Below are positions 50,930-64,000 of a DNA stretch of 64,000 nucleotides, piece by piece. Positions within the stretch are counted from its first letter, which is position 1, and every line of letters begins with the position of its first letter. Position numbers and translations under genes: made by a program. The DNA is from Callorhinchus milii (Eukaryota). The stretch spans positions 60,204,001 to 60,268,000 of the forward strand of contig NW_024704743.1 of the NCBI RefSeq assembly GCF_018977255.1. Direction: 5' to 3'. Below the pieces are notes generated by a model. It was not told the origin of the DNA. It ran no database searches and saw only the letters and a list, made by a program, of their open reading frames with translations.

Positions 50930-50965
50930 TTGTGCCACCTGCTGGCCAATCTGGAGCCTGCAGTC
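50930..50965 (-). promoter_or_regulatory. Candidate CTCF site with upstream module
   Basis: Minus strand reads GACTGCAGGCTCCAGATTGGCCAGCAGGTGGCACA: CCAGCAGGTGGCA core plus a TGCAG-type upstream motif. Confidence 0.6.
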
Positions 50966-51154
50966 TGTAGGAATAATTCCACCACACATGGAACTAGGAT
51001 GGCATGTAATATGTTGGACCAGTAACTCAAGCTTTAGGAGACCTGTAAATGCTTATTCACACAGTCTCAGCTGACTTTGTTCATATAGAATCATAGAATG
51101 TAACTACAGAGAAACAGGCCATCATGACTCCACCTCCTAATCTAATCAATACCA

Positions 51155-51268
51155 AACAAATGGAAATTTCCAATGCAGATGTAGAACTCTCAGTGATTTG
51201 GTCTGGATGTTCTTGAAAATGATGATGGGCTTCCATGCATGGCAGACACCTGATTTACCAAACAAAAT
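51155..51268 (+). mobile_element. Unclassified repeat terminus, copy E
   Basis: ggaaatttcc...tgtagaactctcag...ggtctgga...gatgatgggcttcc...cagacacc...accaaacaaaa. Confidence 0.65.
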
Positions 51269-52489
51269 CTAATCCCATTCTTCTGCCTGCTGTCTTCCAT
51301 ACCCTTCTATATTTTTTTCCCCAAGCTAAAGGTGCTAAAGGGAGATTCAAGCACGTCACTCAACAGTTAACAGTTCCATTCCAGTGCTTCAAACTGCTTG
51401 TTATATTGTATATGGACAGCATTTCACTTTTATAACATTGTTAGTGCTGCTCACATAAAACACCATATTCTGCCCTCTGCATTCTTGTGTTTGCCATGGT
51501 GCATGCTATTTGCAGTGTGTTGCTGAGGAGAAAGCAGAGAAAATTGACGTTTTGATCAATCTAAGGAGCTGCATGTGCCTCAATCACTGTGCCAATTTAT
51601 ATTTCACTTCAGAATGGGCTGCAAGTGGCTCATTGTTTTAAAGATCTTTCTATAACTTTACCAAAAATAGAATTAATGCTGTTATAATTAAAATGAACGT
51701 GACAGTGAAGTATTTGCTCCTGTTAAGGAGCTGAAACACAGTTTCCCTAATGGTCAGGGACATGAGCATATCAATCAGGAGAGTTCTTTTACAACAAAAT
51801 GTTTTTGTTCTTCAAGAACTCATCTAAAAAATAGATGTTTTTGTCCTATTACCTTGTTACAATGCTTGTCCTTTGATACAAAGATTGTGGGAAACTCATT
51901 TGGAATAGCAAATTAATATTTGTTCACTGGTGAGTGTTATTGTTAGATGGTTGCTAAATAAAATATCACTGGGTTAGTGATATTTTAGATGTGTAGTGTG
52001 TCACCATGGTTATAGATGCCACTAAAAATCATGAATTCATCTATTCTGCCAACATTGTGATGAGTTAATGTGTGTACTGCTCTTTCTGTAATACTGGATC
52101 TGAAAGAGCAAATGTCAGCATCAATCCCCTTTTAACAATCGGCCTTAAATGATTATAATTAACATTCTTTTGTTTTATTTCTGTATCTTTCTTTAAACAC
52201 AAATTTTGACTTCTGTTACTGAGTATAGCAATCTTAGAGGAATGATTCAGTCTGAGCTGAATTAACATCAGCGGGTACAACCATTAAGCCATCACGCTTC
52301 ATCTTCCCCTGTCTACGCTAATTCATGTCTCTGTGGGATCTGTAAATCCTCCAAACCAATTCTCCAATGCCGTCAGCATTCACTATTTAGATACTAATAA
52401 AAATGCTTCTAAACACTCAATTGAAACAGACTGGATGTTTAAATGTTAGTAATAAATTTAAAAGGCTTTCAACTACCCATATTTGTCAA

Positions 52490-52690
52490 TCTGTCTGAGT
52501 TGGTAGTTAGAATCTGATCTCTAACCTGAAGGTTGTGGGTTCCTGTCTCACATTAGGAATATGTCAGGTGGAAGCTCCAGTGCAGTGTTGTGAGAATGCT
52601 GCATCCTCATAAGGTGCATGTTTCAGACAATGTTAAACTGAGGTCTAACCTTCTGCTTTTCAGATGGGCATGAAAGATCCAATATTATTA
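52490..52690 (+). mobile_element. Old Deu-domain SINE 5' part
   Basis: gttggtag...gaaggttgtgggttc...ctccagtgcagtg...tttcagacaatgttaaactgagg. Confidence 0.6.
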
Positions 52691-53469
52691 CATTAAACTG
52701 ACATATTCCTTACTCTAAGGGGAAAGAGCTCAGTCACTCTATATCCAGCGTCCTATGTAAGCATAAGTCCTCCAGAGCCACCAGGGGTGCTGTGCCCAGG
52801 ATGATATACACCAACACACCTTATCGGGGTTTGTGCGGGCGGGCACATGAATGCGGTGTACACAGGAGTTACTCCCGACTGTGTTAGAGGGAGCATCCCA
52901 GAAAATGTGTGCACAACCTATGTGCGGAGAAGGAATGTACAATAACAACATAATATTTTTTTGTATCAAATATATTTATAAATAAATGTATTTTTCAAAA
53001 AAGATACACCAACACACCTGTGCAGAGCAAGCAGCTGTCAATGTAACAAAGCGGCCACAACCCCCACAACTGTCAGTTTATTTGTTAAAACTCATTTATA
53101 TTAAGAACAGTATAAAGCAGAAGTTTTATGTTTCGGCATATGTGTCTATAAAAAACATTTTGTTCATTTTGTTCATTTTAACAATCTCCATCACTCAGAC
53201 TTTGACAAACTGATTTAACAATCAGGGTGAACCTCACAAGGGAATGTAAGGTTGAACATTTCTACTCACAGAGATCTTGTCACGAGTCAGAACAGCTACC
53301 TCACGGCTGGTTGAGGGTGAGGGCAACCTTTTCCCAGAGTCCCAGGCCGCTCAATGTCAGAGTTCGCTGAGCCGCTCAACACACAGTGTGGCTGGCTGAC
53401 AGATGCAGGTAAATTTATTCTGATGGATCATCTGATACTTTAATTACTGGTTATATACCAGTCAGAGTC

Positions 53470-55250
53470 TTCAGTCAGAGACGGGAGAAGTTGTAATGGG
53501 GGATAAGGACATGGCAGAGTACCTAAATGGGTACTTTGCATCTGTCTTCACCCTAGAAGACACAACAAGTCTGCCAACAATAGAGATGCACCAAAGGGAT
53601 AAGGATAGGGAGCAACTTAGGGAAATTTTCATTAGTAGAGAATTGGTGCTAGGGAAACTGTTAGCACTAAAAAGTGACAAATCCCCTGGTCCGGATGGCT
53701 TGCATCCCAGGGTTTTAAAAGAGGTAACTTATGAGATAGTGGAGGCCTTATGTCTGATCTTCCAAAATTCCTTGGATTCTGGAACAGTCCCCATGGATTG
53801 GAAGATCGCAAATGTCACACCACTATTTAAAAAAGGTGGAAAGGAAAAGATGGGGAATTAAAGGCCAGTTAGTCTCACATCAGTGATAGGAAAAATTTTA
53901 GAATCGTTGACTAAGGATATGGTAGTGCAGTATTCAGGGGAGCACAATATAATTAGGCCAAGTCAACATGGCTTTACAAAAGGGAAGTCATGTTTGACAA
54001 ATCTCATAGAGTTTTTTGAGGATATTTCGAGTAAACTAGATAAGGGTGAATCAGTGGATGTGGTCTATTTGGACTTCCAGAAGGCATTCGATAAGGTGCC
54101 GCATAAAAGGTTAGTCCAAAAGATAAGGGCCCATGGAATTGGGGGGAGCATATTAACGTGGATTGGGGAATGGTTAACGGGTAGGAAATAAAGAATAGGG
54201 ATAAACGGGTCCTTTTCAGATTGGCGGGATGTGACTAGTGGAGTGCCACAAGGATCAGTCCTTGGGCCTCAGCTATTTACCATCTACATCAACGATCTAG
54301 ATGAGGACATCAAAGTTAATATATCTAAATTCGCGGATGACACAAAACTAGGAGGAAGTGTCAACACAGAGGACGACATTAAAAAAATGCAGCGAGACAT
54401 AGATAGGTTAGGTGATTGGGCAGGTAGGTGGCAGATGAAGTATAATGTAGGGAAGTGCGAAGTCATCCACCTAGGTAGCAAAAACAGTAGAGCGGGTTAT
54501 TTTTTAGAAGGAGAGAGATTGGAATGTGTTAGCGTCCAGAGGGACTTGGGTGTCCTTGTACACCAATCACAGAAAGTTAGTCTGCAGGTGCAGCAGCAAT
54601 TAGGAAGGCGAACGGTATGTTAGCATTCATTATGAAAGGATTAGAGTATAAGAGTAGGGAAGTCTTGCTGCAACTGTATAGGGCCCTGGTGAGACCACAC
54701 CTGGAATACTGTGTGCAGTTTTGGTCTCCTCATTTAAGGAAGGATGTACTTGCCTTGGAGGGGGTGCAGCGTAGATTTACTAGGTTAGTACCAGGGATGA
54801 AGGGGATGAGTTACGAGGATAGGCTGACCAATTTGGACCTATATTCTCTAGAATATAGAAGAATTAGAGGGGATCTTATAGAAACCTATAAGATCATCAA
54901 AGGGCATGATAGAGTAGTGGGAGATTGTTTTCCCTGGTTGGAGAAACTAAAACCAGAGGTCACAATCTTAAAATCGGAGGCCATCCCTTTCACACTGAGT
55001 TGAAGAAGAACTTCTTCACTGAAAGGGTGGTGAATGTATGGAACTCGCTACCCCAAAGGGCTGTTGATGCTCAGTTCTTGAACATATTCAAGACTGAGAT
55101 AGATAGATTTCTTATTGTAAAAGGGATTAAGGGATATAGGGATAAGGCAGGGTCAGGTTATCAGCTGGAGTTAGATTAGAAGATCAGCCATGATTGAATG
55201 GCGGGGCAGGCTCGAAGGGCCGAATGGCCTACTCCTGCATGTTATGTTAT
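53470..55250 (+). mobile_element. CR1 LINE, 5'-truncated, RT with few disruptions
   Basis: [68 protein letters not shown]. Confidence 0.96.
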
Positions 55251-55454
55251 ACAGAATGTGACTTTATACGTTATAAGCGATTGACGAAATAGGGGGGAGG
55301 GAAGAGTCCTTTTGCATGGGAAGTGTGGCAGTATTGACAGCATAATATCTGATGTGATGATATAAGTCAGGGTCTTATTATCAGGAGTTCACTGTATTTG
55401 AAAAGAGAAGGGAGTTTCTCCCACTGTGCCTTGAATTGTTCCTTAGTTGATAGG

Positions 55455-55479
55455 NNNNNNNNNNNNNNNNNNNNNNNNN
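55455..55479. other. Assembly gap (25 N)
   Basis: Run of n. Confidence 1.
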
Positions 55480-55930
55480 CCCCCCACACACACCAACCCC
55501 CCCCCACACACACCAACACCCCCACCACCACCCCCCCCCACACACACACACCCCACACACCAACACATCCCCCACACACACACACACCACACCCCACCCC
55601 CCCACACACCAACCCCCCCCCACACGCACCAACACCCCCCACACACACCAACACCCCCCCCCCACACCAACACCACACACCCAACACCCCCACACACACC
55701 AACACCCCCCCCACACACACCAACACCCCCCCCACACACACCAACACCCCCCCCCCCACACACACACACCAACACCCCCCCCACACACACACATACATCA
55801 ACACACACTCCCCCGACACACACACAAACACACACACCCCCACACACACACAAACGCACCTCCCCCACACACACACATACATCAACACACACTCCCCCCC
55901 ACACCCCCCCCCCACACACACCGACACACC
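55480..55930. repeat. C/A-rich low-complexity repeat (Cn-ACACACACCAACA units)
   Basis: Directly visible. Confidence 0.95.
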
Positions 55931-57300
55931 CCATTGCTCTCACACACACAGCCATTGCTCTCTCACACACACACACACACAGATTGCCATTGCTCACTCA
56001 CACGCACTGCCATTGCTCACTCACACACACTGCCATTGCTCTCACACGCACTGCCATTGCTCACTCACACACACTGCCATTGCTCTCACACACACTGCCA
56101 TTGCTCACTCACACACAGCCATTGCTCTCACACACACACAGCCATTACACACCACACTGCCATTGCTCACTCACACACACGCCATTGCTCTCACACACAC
56201 ACACAGCCATTACGCTCACACACACACAACCATTGCTCTCACACACACAGCCATTGCTCTCACACACACAGCCATTGCTCACTCACACTCACTGCCATAC
56301 ACACACACTGCCATTGCTCACTCACACACACCACCACACACACTGCCATTGCTCACTCACACTAGCCATTGCTCTCACAGACACACACAGCCATTACGTA
56401 CACACACACAACCATTGCTCTCACACACACTGCCATTGCTCTCACACACACTGCCATTGCTCACTCACACTCACACACACACACACAGCCATTGCTCACT
56501 CACACTCACACACACACACACTGCCATTGCTCACTCACACTCAGCCATTGCTCTCACAGACACACACAGCCATTACACACACACACACAGCCATTGCTCT
56601 CACACACACAGCCATTACTCACACAAACTTACACACACAGCCATTGCTCTCTCACACAGACACAGCCATTAGTTCTTTCACGCACACACACAGCTATTGC
56701 TCTCACATACACAGCCATTGCTCTCACAGACACACACAGCCATTGCTTCTTTCACACACACACAGCTATTGCTCTCTCACACAGCCATTACTCTCTCACA
56801 CACACACACACATTGCTCTCACAGACACACACAGCCATTGCTCTCACACACATAGCTATTACACACACACACACACAGCCATTGCTCACACACACAGCCA
56901 TTTCTTTCATACACAAACACACACAGCCATTGCTTTCACACACACTCACACAGCCATTGCTTTTCACACACACACACACACACAGCCATTGCTCTCACAC
57001 TCACACAGTCACTGCGCTCTCCCACACACACAGCCATTGCTCTCCCACACACACAGCCATTGCTCTCACACGTACACACACAAGCCATTGCTCTACGTAC
57101 ACACACCCAGCCATTGCTCTCTCTCTCACACACTCAGCCATTGCTCTCTGACATACACATACAGCCATTGCTCTCACACACACACACAACCATTGCTCTC
57201 TCTCTCACACACACTCAGCCATTGCTCACACACACACACTCAGCCATTGCTCTCACACACTCACACAGCCATTGCTCTAACACACACACACACACACAGC
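55930..57300. repeat. Compound minisatellite GCCATTGCTC(TC/AC)-(CA)n with variable CA spacer
   Basis: Dozens of gccattgctc cores separated by variable (CA)n. Confidence 0.95.
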
Positions 57301-57446
57301 ACAGGCCGTCCTATTTGGCTCTGTATAAACCCAGTCACTGGTTCAATCTTCAGGGTAAATGTATGTCCATGAGCATGATTAATAAATACATCAATAAATA
57401 AATGCAGGGCGGCGGGTTTTTAATGCATATAAAATTTGATGCATTT

Positions 57447-57605
57447 CACACCCACCCTCACACCCACCCCCTCACACCCACCCTCTCACTCTCACCCTCA
57501 CACCCACCCTTTCACCCACTCTCACCCACACTCTCACCCTCACACCCACCCTCTCACCCTCACACTCACCCTCCCTCACACCCACCCTCTCACCCACACT
57601 CACCC
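57447..57605. repeat. CACCC/CTCACA low-complexity repeat
   Basis: Directly visible. Confidence 0.9.
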
Positions 57606-57919
57606 CGGCCCGTTATTTACAATCTCTGTCACATTGCGGCTCAGTGACAGCTCTGCCCATCAAGTCCTCCAACTCAAACCAAACCCCTCCATCATCCCCC
57701 CCTCCCCGCCCCGCAACCACCATTAATTCTCCAGTTTAACCCCTGTTGTCCTGACCCGCGCCTCATCACAACACATTCCTCCTGTCAGTCAAACAGCCAT
57801 TGACTTTCTTGTGTTCCAAAACACAACAGGTCCCTTGTAACCCAGTCCTCAAAACCATGATCCTCCTCATTATAGTTTAATTGGTGTTGTTGTTGGTGTC
57901 TGCTGTAATACACCCAGTT

Positions 57920-58330
57920 ACAGTCCTGGATTGTCCGAGATGCCGTCCTTCGGTCATTAACCCGTGTCCCTCCTGCCCATTCAAGTGGACATAAAGATGT
58001 CATGGCGTTATTTGAAAACAGAAGAGAGTTTCTGGTCCAGTCTTTCTCTCTCTCTCTCTCTCTCTCCTGGTCCATTCTCTATCTTTCTCTCTCTCTCCTG
58101 GTCCAGTCTCTCTCTTTCTCTTTCTCTCTCTGTCTCTCCTGGTCCAGTCTCTCTCTGTCTTCTAGCCAATCTATTCCCCCCAGTTAACATCGGACATTCA
58201 TGTCATAGCTGATTGTGGGACATTGCTGTGCACAAATTGTCTGCTGCAGTCTCCTACAATATAAGGTCATCTCACTTTCCGGTAAAATAACTTGAAGCGC
58301 TTTGACTGACCCGCCTGGTGTGAAAGGCAA
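57920..58330 (+). mobile_element. Deu-domain SINE with an internal CTGGTCCAGT(CT)n expansion (58032-58160)
   Basis: Deu motif gatgccgtccttcgg...gtggacataaagat upstream; SINE tail resumes after the CT array. Confidence 0.7.
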
Positions 58331-58619
58331 GCGATCAAAAGCAACAATCATTCTACATACCCCAGCATCTTGTTGATTGATAACTGTAGATAATGGGGTA
58401 TCATTTATATGTTTGTGCATTGTATGAGGCTATACTTTATGTGGAATACGAAAATGTTAATCCAATGAAAAATATAATGCAAAGATTTTAGAGTTTATTA
58501 CTGCAGCAATAATTAGTACAATTTTTATAATGTTTTTGATCTCTAGAATAACATTCTGCACTGTTTCTTAATCCTACCTCTCGTCTCATTGAGTCTGATG
58601 TTCTGGTCCAGCATACAGT

Positions 58620-59090
58620 GTCAGGTATTTAGTTGGCAGGACTTTCACTTCTGGGTCATAGATTAATGGTTTATGCTCCACATCAGGTTATCAGCTTGTA
58701 GGAGTCTTGGCTAATATTCTAGGTATGCTGGTTTGTTTCAGGTGCCATCCTTCAGATAAGGCATTAAAGCTGAGATCCTGTTCATGTAGACGTCAAAGAT
58801 CCCATGGCACTATTCAAATGGAGAAGGGAATTTATCCCAGTGTCCTGACCAACATTCTCCCAGATAGAATTAGTTATTCACTTGATGGCTATTTGTGAAA
58901 CTGGGACGTCCTCCTGATGTGAAGGCCGCTATATAAATGTAATTTTGTTGTTGTTGTTGTGCAGAAATTGTCCGCTGCATTCCCCTACAAAAATAGTCAC
59001 TACACGTCACATTAAAATTCTGTGAAGCACTTTGAGAAGTCTCAATGGCATAAGGTCTATATCAAACGCAAAGCTTATTATTATTTTCAC
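58620..59090 (+). mobile_element. Deu-domain SINE with an inserted L2 tail stub (~58901-58960)
   Basis: caggtgccatccttcagataag...aaagatcccatggcactatt; the tail continues after (TTG)n. Confidence 0.7.
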
Positions 59091-59859
59091 TTACAGCCTA
59101 CAATCAGTCATTCACAACATTGGCTGTTTGCGGGACCTTGCTGCCTGCAAAAGGGCTGGGTTTACCTACAAATGAAACCAATTCCCAGTGAAGCGAGACA
59201 TTTTCATGTTATGCTGCAGGCACTACATCAAATGCAAAGATATTTATTTATTCTCAGATTGGAGAAATCTTGTTCCTTGAACCAGTCAAAATCAACTTTA
59301 GTTCTGACATTTCCTTGACAGATTACATAAACTAGTTCAAGTTTGCAAATAAAGAGTAAGGAATAGTTTAAGAAATACTTGGCAGAGAATTTTGGCACCT
59401 GGCAAGGGGTGTCTGAACTTGCATCAGTGAATATGTTTGTGGTTCAGTGTTGGAAACTGCCTTTTGAAGTTATTCATCCTTTTAGCTGAGAAGAATGTTG
59501 TTGAACACAAAAATTTATCAGCTACTGTAATCTTAAAATTTTATGAAAACACTGGTCCCTGAAGAGGGGCTGATAAGTAGATCCGTAAACATAAAAAAAG
59601 GGAAGAAAGCAATAAGCAGTGCCTCTACTGCCTTTATTATCCACAATAGAGACCCCTTGTATCTGCACTAAATGGGACCCAACCCATTGAGATATAAAAT
59701 CAGTACAGCTAATGGCTTTCGGAGTGTTTGTATGGGTGTACCTGTATCTCTAGTTGTCTCTGTGGGGCTCAGTGTATAAAAACAAAGCGGGAATGCTGAA
59801 TCATTAATAAGGTTGTGATTGGAATATTATTGACACCCTCCTCCAGCTGCGGCTCCCAG

Positions 59860-60716
59860 TTCACTGATGTCCTGTCAGCTTGTTTGGATGAGCACAAATT
59901 TCTTGCAGGTGGATGTCAGCAAAATAGAAGGCATACTCTTTGGCTCCCTTCAACGTCTTCTCTCCTACAGGTCTGAACTCCTCAACCTCCCCAGGCTCTG
60001 CCTCAAGACTCTCCAAACCTGTGCGCAACTCAGGCCAGGTTCGATCCCCAGCTTCCCTTTCTACCCCACATCCGTTCCCTGACCAGGACCCCTTTATTCC
60101 ACCTCTGCCACATTGCTACCTCCGTCCATACCTCACAATTGATGCAGCTGAACCACTCCATCATCACTTCCTGCCTGGACTATTCCAATGTTCTCCTCGC
60201 TGGTCTTCCCAGTGCCACCATATACAAAATCCGATTAATTCAAAACTCTGCGCCCGGATACTGACCTGCACGAAACTCCGTACCCCCATCACACCAGTCC
60301 CTGCCAGGCTCCCAATCACTGAATAGATTGATTTCAAGATCCTCTCACTCGTTTTCAAATCACTTCATGTCGTTGCACTTCCCTACCTATCCGACGTGTT
60401 CACCCCCCATTCCACCACCCACTGCCTCCACTCGGCTGGCTTCAGCCTCCAGTTTGTGGCTTGTGTCCTCCATTCTACCATCGGTGGCCATGCCTTCAGT
60501 CACTATGCCCCAAAACTCTGGAATTCTCTCCCCCCATCCCTCCGCCATGCCCCCTCTCTCCCCACTTTTATATCCCGCCTAAAGACCTTCCTTTTTTGAT
60601 CGTGCTTACGGTCACCTTCCTCTCCCCCATCTCAGTGTCAGACTCCGCCACTGTCAAGCGCTCCGGGATGCTACCCACGTGAAGGGCGCTATATAAATGC
60701 AAGTCGCTGTTGTTAT
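59860..60716 (+). mobile_element. Decayed L2 LINE 3' part
   Basis: WMSTNFLQVDVSKIE, TIGGHAFSHYAPKLWNSLP; L2-type tail. Confidence 0.85.
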
Positions 60717-61140
60717 ATAGGAAGGATGTCAAGACCATTAGGCAGGTTGCAGAGAAAGTTCACGAGGGTTAGATCAGGGATTAGAAGTTCTACTTATGAG
60801 CAGAGACTGGAAGAACTGGGCTGGATTCCCGAGGAGAGAGGAGGTTAAGAGGAGACCGGAAAGAGGCTTTTAAAATTTTTAGGGGATTTGAAAATGTAAA
60901 TAGAAATTATTTTGCACAGAGAGTTGTTGGAATACAGAATGCCACATGGTTGAGACAGATTCCATATTAGATTTTAAGAGGGAATTAGTAAATACCTTAA
61001 AACGAGAAAAATAAAATGGTATTTGGAAAAGGCTAAAAAGTGAACGATGAATGAGACTAAACAGATAATTATTTCAGAGCCGGTAGAGACATGATGGGTG
61101 AATTAGCCTACCTTTGTACTGAAATATCTGTTGATCCTGT
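60717..61140 (+). mobile_element. Old CR1 3' fragments
   Basis: ggaaggatgtc...gcagagaaagttcacgagg...gaggttaagaggagac. Confidence 0.6.
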
Positions 61141-61755
61141 GTCTCTCTGCCTCTCTAACTGTCTGTGTGTGTTTCTGTATGTGTGCCTCTCTCGTCTTGT
61201 ACCTATTTGGACTGGATTGATCTACCCGGGATAGCTAGTTCAGTCCCACTCCATTAATATTGCAATCCTGGATGCCCACAACTGAAAAATGTTTCCCAAA
61301 TTGTAGCCTGGTTTAATGTGCTCATCGGAGCTGGATGTCAATAGGGGGCTGGTGGTACAGCCGTTACACCCTGCTCACTGGAACTCTTCCAGTACCTCTT
61401 AGCTTTGCTTCCTCTCTCCCTGCTTCCGAAAAACATATGTTTTTGACTGGACTTTGAATCAACACCCTTCTTTCTAGTCGATGATCCTGCCAAAGTGCTT
61501 CAGATGCCATTTTACGTGTAAGGGACTATATAAATGTAGACTGTTGTACTGATTTGATGCTTTTCTGCAATTTAAATGCAAGTAAGTAAGTGCTAGTGAT
61601 GAAAGGTAGACATGCTGATTTTTAATTGCAAACCAGCAAGTTGCTTGCTTTTGAATCTTGCCCAAACTTTAGAATAACATGTTTCAGGCTTGTAGGGAAT
61701 TGAAGGTTTTTCATTGAAGGTACATGTTGGTATGTGTACCAGTCTTAATAGATTA

Positions 61756-62950
61756 ACAACAACAACAACAACAACAACAACAAAATTACATTTGTATAGT
61801 GCCTTTCATGTCGGGAGGACGTCCCAAGGCGCTGGACAGTCAGTGTTACGGACCCGAGCTGGGGGTTGGGATTGGGGAGGGTGGAGGGCAGGCGGGAAAG
61901 GAGGGTGATGGCACGATTGAGGAGCAGGGTCTTGAGACGCGTCTTGAAGGAGGCAAGGGAGGGGGCAAGGCAGAGTGACTGCAGGATGGAATTCCAGAAG
62001 GTGGGGGCAGAGAGGCAGAAGGCCAAGCCCCCAATGGTGGGGCGGGCAAGGAATGTGAAGCATGCTGAGCGGAGCGAGCGGCTAGGTTGGTAGGGGGTTA
62101 GGAGGTTGTAGAGGTAGAGGGGGGCAAGACTGTGGAGGGCTTTGAAGGTGAGGACCAGGATCTTGAATTGTATCCGCTGTGTGATGGGAAGCCAGTGGAG
62201 TCAGACAAGGATGGGGGTGATAAGATCACGGAGCCTGGTGTGGGAGAAGACACGGGCTGCAGAGTTCTGGATGATCTGCAGCCTGTGGAGGGAGGAGTTG
62301 GGGAGGTCGACAAGCAGTGAGTTTGCATAGTCGAGCCTGAATGTTATGAATGCGTTTATGAGGGTTTCGGTGGCCTGCAGTGTGAGACAGTGTCGGAGCC
62401 GGGCGATGTTGCAGAGGTGGGGAAAATCAGAGTGGGTCATCGCACAGATGTGGGGTAGACAGGACAGTTGAGGGTCAAACAAAACGCCAAGCTTCCAGAC
62501 TGGCTTAGCAAGGCGGAGCGTGTAGCCTTGGATGGTGATGCTGTTAACGCCTGAGGTGTGGAGGCGCTTCTGTCAGGACAGCAGTGGTCCTGGAGTCAAG
62601 GATGGAGGCAGAGAGATAGAGTTGGGTGTCAACTGCACACATGTGGAAGTTGACCCCACGTCTGCGGATGATGTCACCAAGAGGGAGCATATAGATGTTG
62701 AAGAGGAGGGGACCAAGGACACAGCCCTGAGGAACGCCACACAAGACAGTGTGGGGGCTGGAGAAGAAGCCATTTGTGGAGATGAAATGGAGACGGTGTG
62801 AGAGATAGGATCTCAACTATTCAAGATAGAACCATGAAGGTTGAGGTGAGAGGAGAGGTGGTGGAGGAGAATAGAGTGGTCAACGGTGTCAAAGGCAGCA
62901 GAGAGGTCAAGGAGGACGAGGAGGCAGAGGGAGCCCTGGTCGCAGATGGA
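61756..62950 (-). mobile_element. L2 LINE, 5'-truncated, with internal deletions
   Basis: [33 protein letters not shown]; (CAA)n tail on the plus strand. Confidence 0.92.
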
Positions 62951-64000
62951 CAAAATGGACAAAATGAAATAATATCCAAAGACACATTTGTACTATGTGA
63001 CCATTTTCATTATTTTGCCATTGGCAACTAATAAGCTGCAATACTCTTAATTCTTGAAACTCTATAGATTTCACACCCTTGAGCAAAGGAGAATCAAGGT
63101 TCGCACATGTGTGTACATCATCTGCATTAGTTGCAGTTTTTTTCTTAAGTGAAATACAGCAGTTCATTAACATTTTAATCAGGAAGTGCCAATGTTATAT
63201 GATGATTTTGTTTTGTTTTGAAAAGCTTATTTAGTAAGCCGAGTGGATGGCATTGAAACCCAAAAATGGGAGAATAATCGAATCAGCATTTATCACATTA
63301 GCAGCAGTAAGACTGCTGAGGAGACGCATGGTAAGTCAGGTTGGAAGACTGAAATGTGCTTGGCAATAGGCTTGTTGAGCAATCTAACATTTATCAGCCA
63401 TAATGTCTTTACACTTTAATATTGTCATAATACTTGGGTTGAATTTGTGATTTTTAGTAATGTCGTTCCTGACACTTAGTAACAGTTTTCACAGATAATT
63501 TACAGTATTAAAATGGTGCTGACGTTCTAAGTACATAATATTCTCTAACGTTGTAACTGCTTAATTCAACGGAGCTCCCCTCCACAGCTTACAATATACA
63601 AGCTTGTTTTTTAATCTACAAAAGCTTTCAAACAAATTTCATGAGCTAAACTTTAATAATCTATGGACTTGTTGATAATTTACAGGTTTTGCGATTCATT
63701 TCAACATGTTGTTCTGAGTGAAGTAACAGAACCTACTCTAAATCTTTTTAGTTTGGACAGGAACGTTTTGAAACCATAACGCTCTTTAGTTACAGAGGAA
63801 CTCTCTTACAACATGATTCTCTCATCTTCTCCAAGAAGAATGAGCTATGAGCAATGATTAGACAAGTTCCTCAGTCTTGAGAGAAGATGTCTTTAAGAGT
63901 TGTATACAATTTTAAATTAATTGAAAAACTAAATCTAGGACAATACGTTAGGATGAACCAAGACAGTAGAACAAGAAGACATAGGTTTAGAATTGCAAAG

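Noticed and set aside
52739..52969. Possible L1/Tx1 zinc-knuckle remnant (AHIFWD)
   Set aside because: A single short motif; too degenerate to support.
55367..57726. Long His/Thr/Pro- or Val/Cys-rich ORFs
   Set aside because: Translations of CA-rich repeats, some spanning an N gap.
59555..59595. Hammerhead-like CTGAAGA...GTAAAC
   Set aside because: Stem II is mismatched, GAAA is disrupted and no supporting helices are seen.
63235..63336. Possible plus-strand exon ending ATG|GTAAGT
   Set aside because: Good donor but weak acceptor and no recognisable protein similarity.

Overview
Vertebrate genomic DNA, most likely a cartilaginous fish (chimaera/shark-type repeat complement; inference). The left end holds the large first coding exon of neurabin-1 (PPP1R9A) on the minus strand (ATG at 1629, donor after 64). 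It is followed by a CpG-rich promoter-like region with a CRE and GC boxes, then a 34-bp minisatellite. The remaining ~60 kb is upstream or intergenic DNA in which I recognise no other host exon. It is filled with decayed L2 and CR1 LINEs, tRNA-derived CORE-type and Deu-type SINEs, an AmnSINE2-like copy, a complete but dead hAT (Buster/Charlie-type) transposon with a perfect 8-bp TSD, MITE-like hairpins, simple repeats and one assembly gap. The least explained items are an unclassified A-tailed repeat family present six times with a shared 3' stem-loop, a Penelope-type palindrome with decayed hammerhead cores, two long direct duplications flanking SINE-containing inserts, and a strong CTCF site. 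Repeat boundaries are approximate and family names come from recalled motifs, not database searches.
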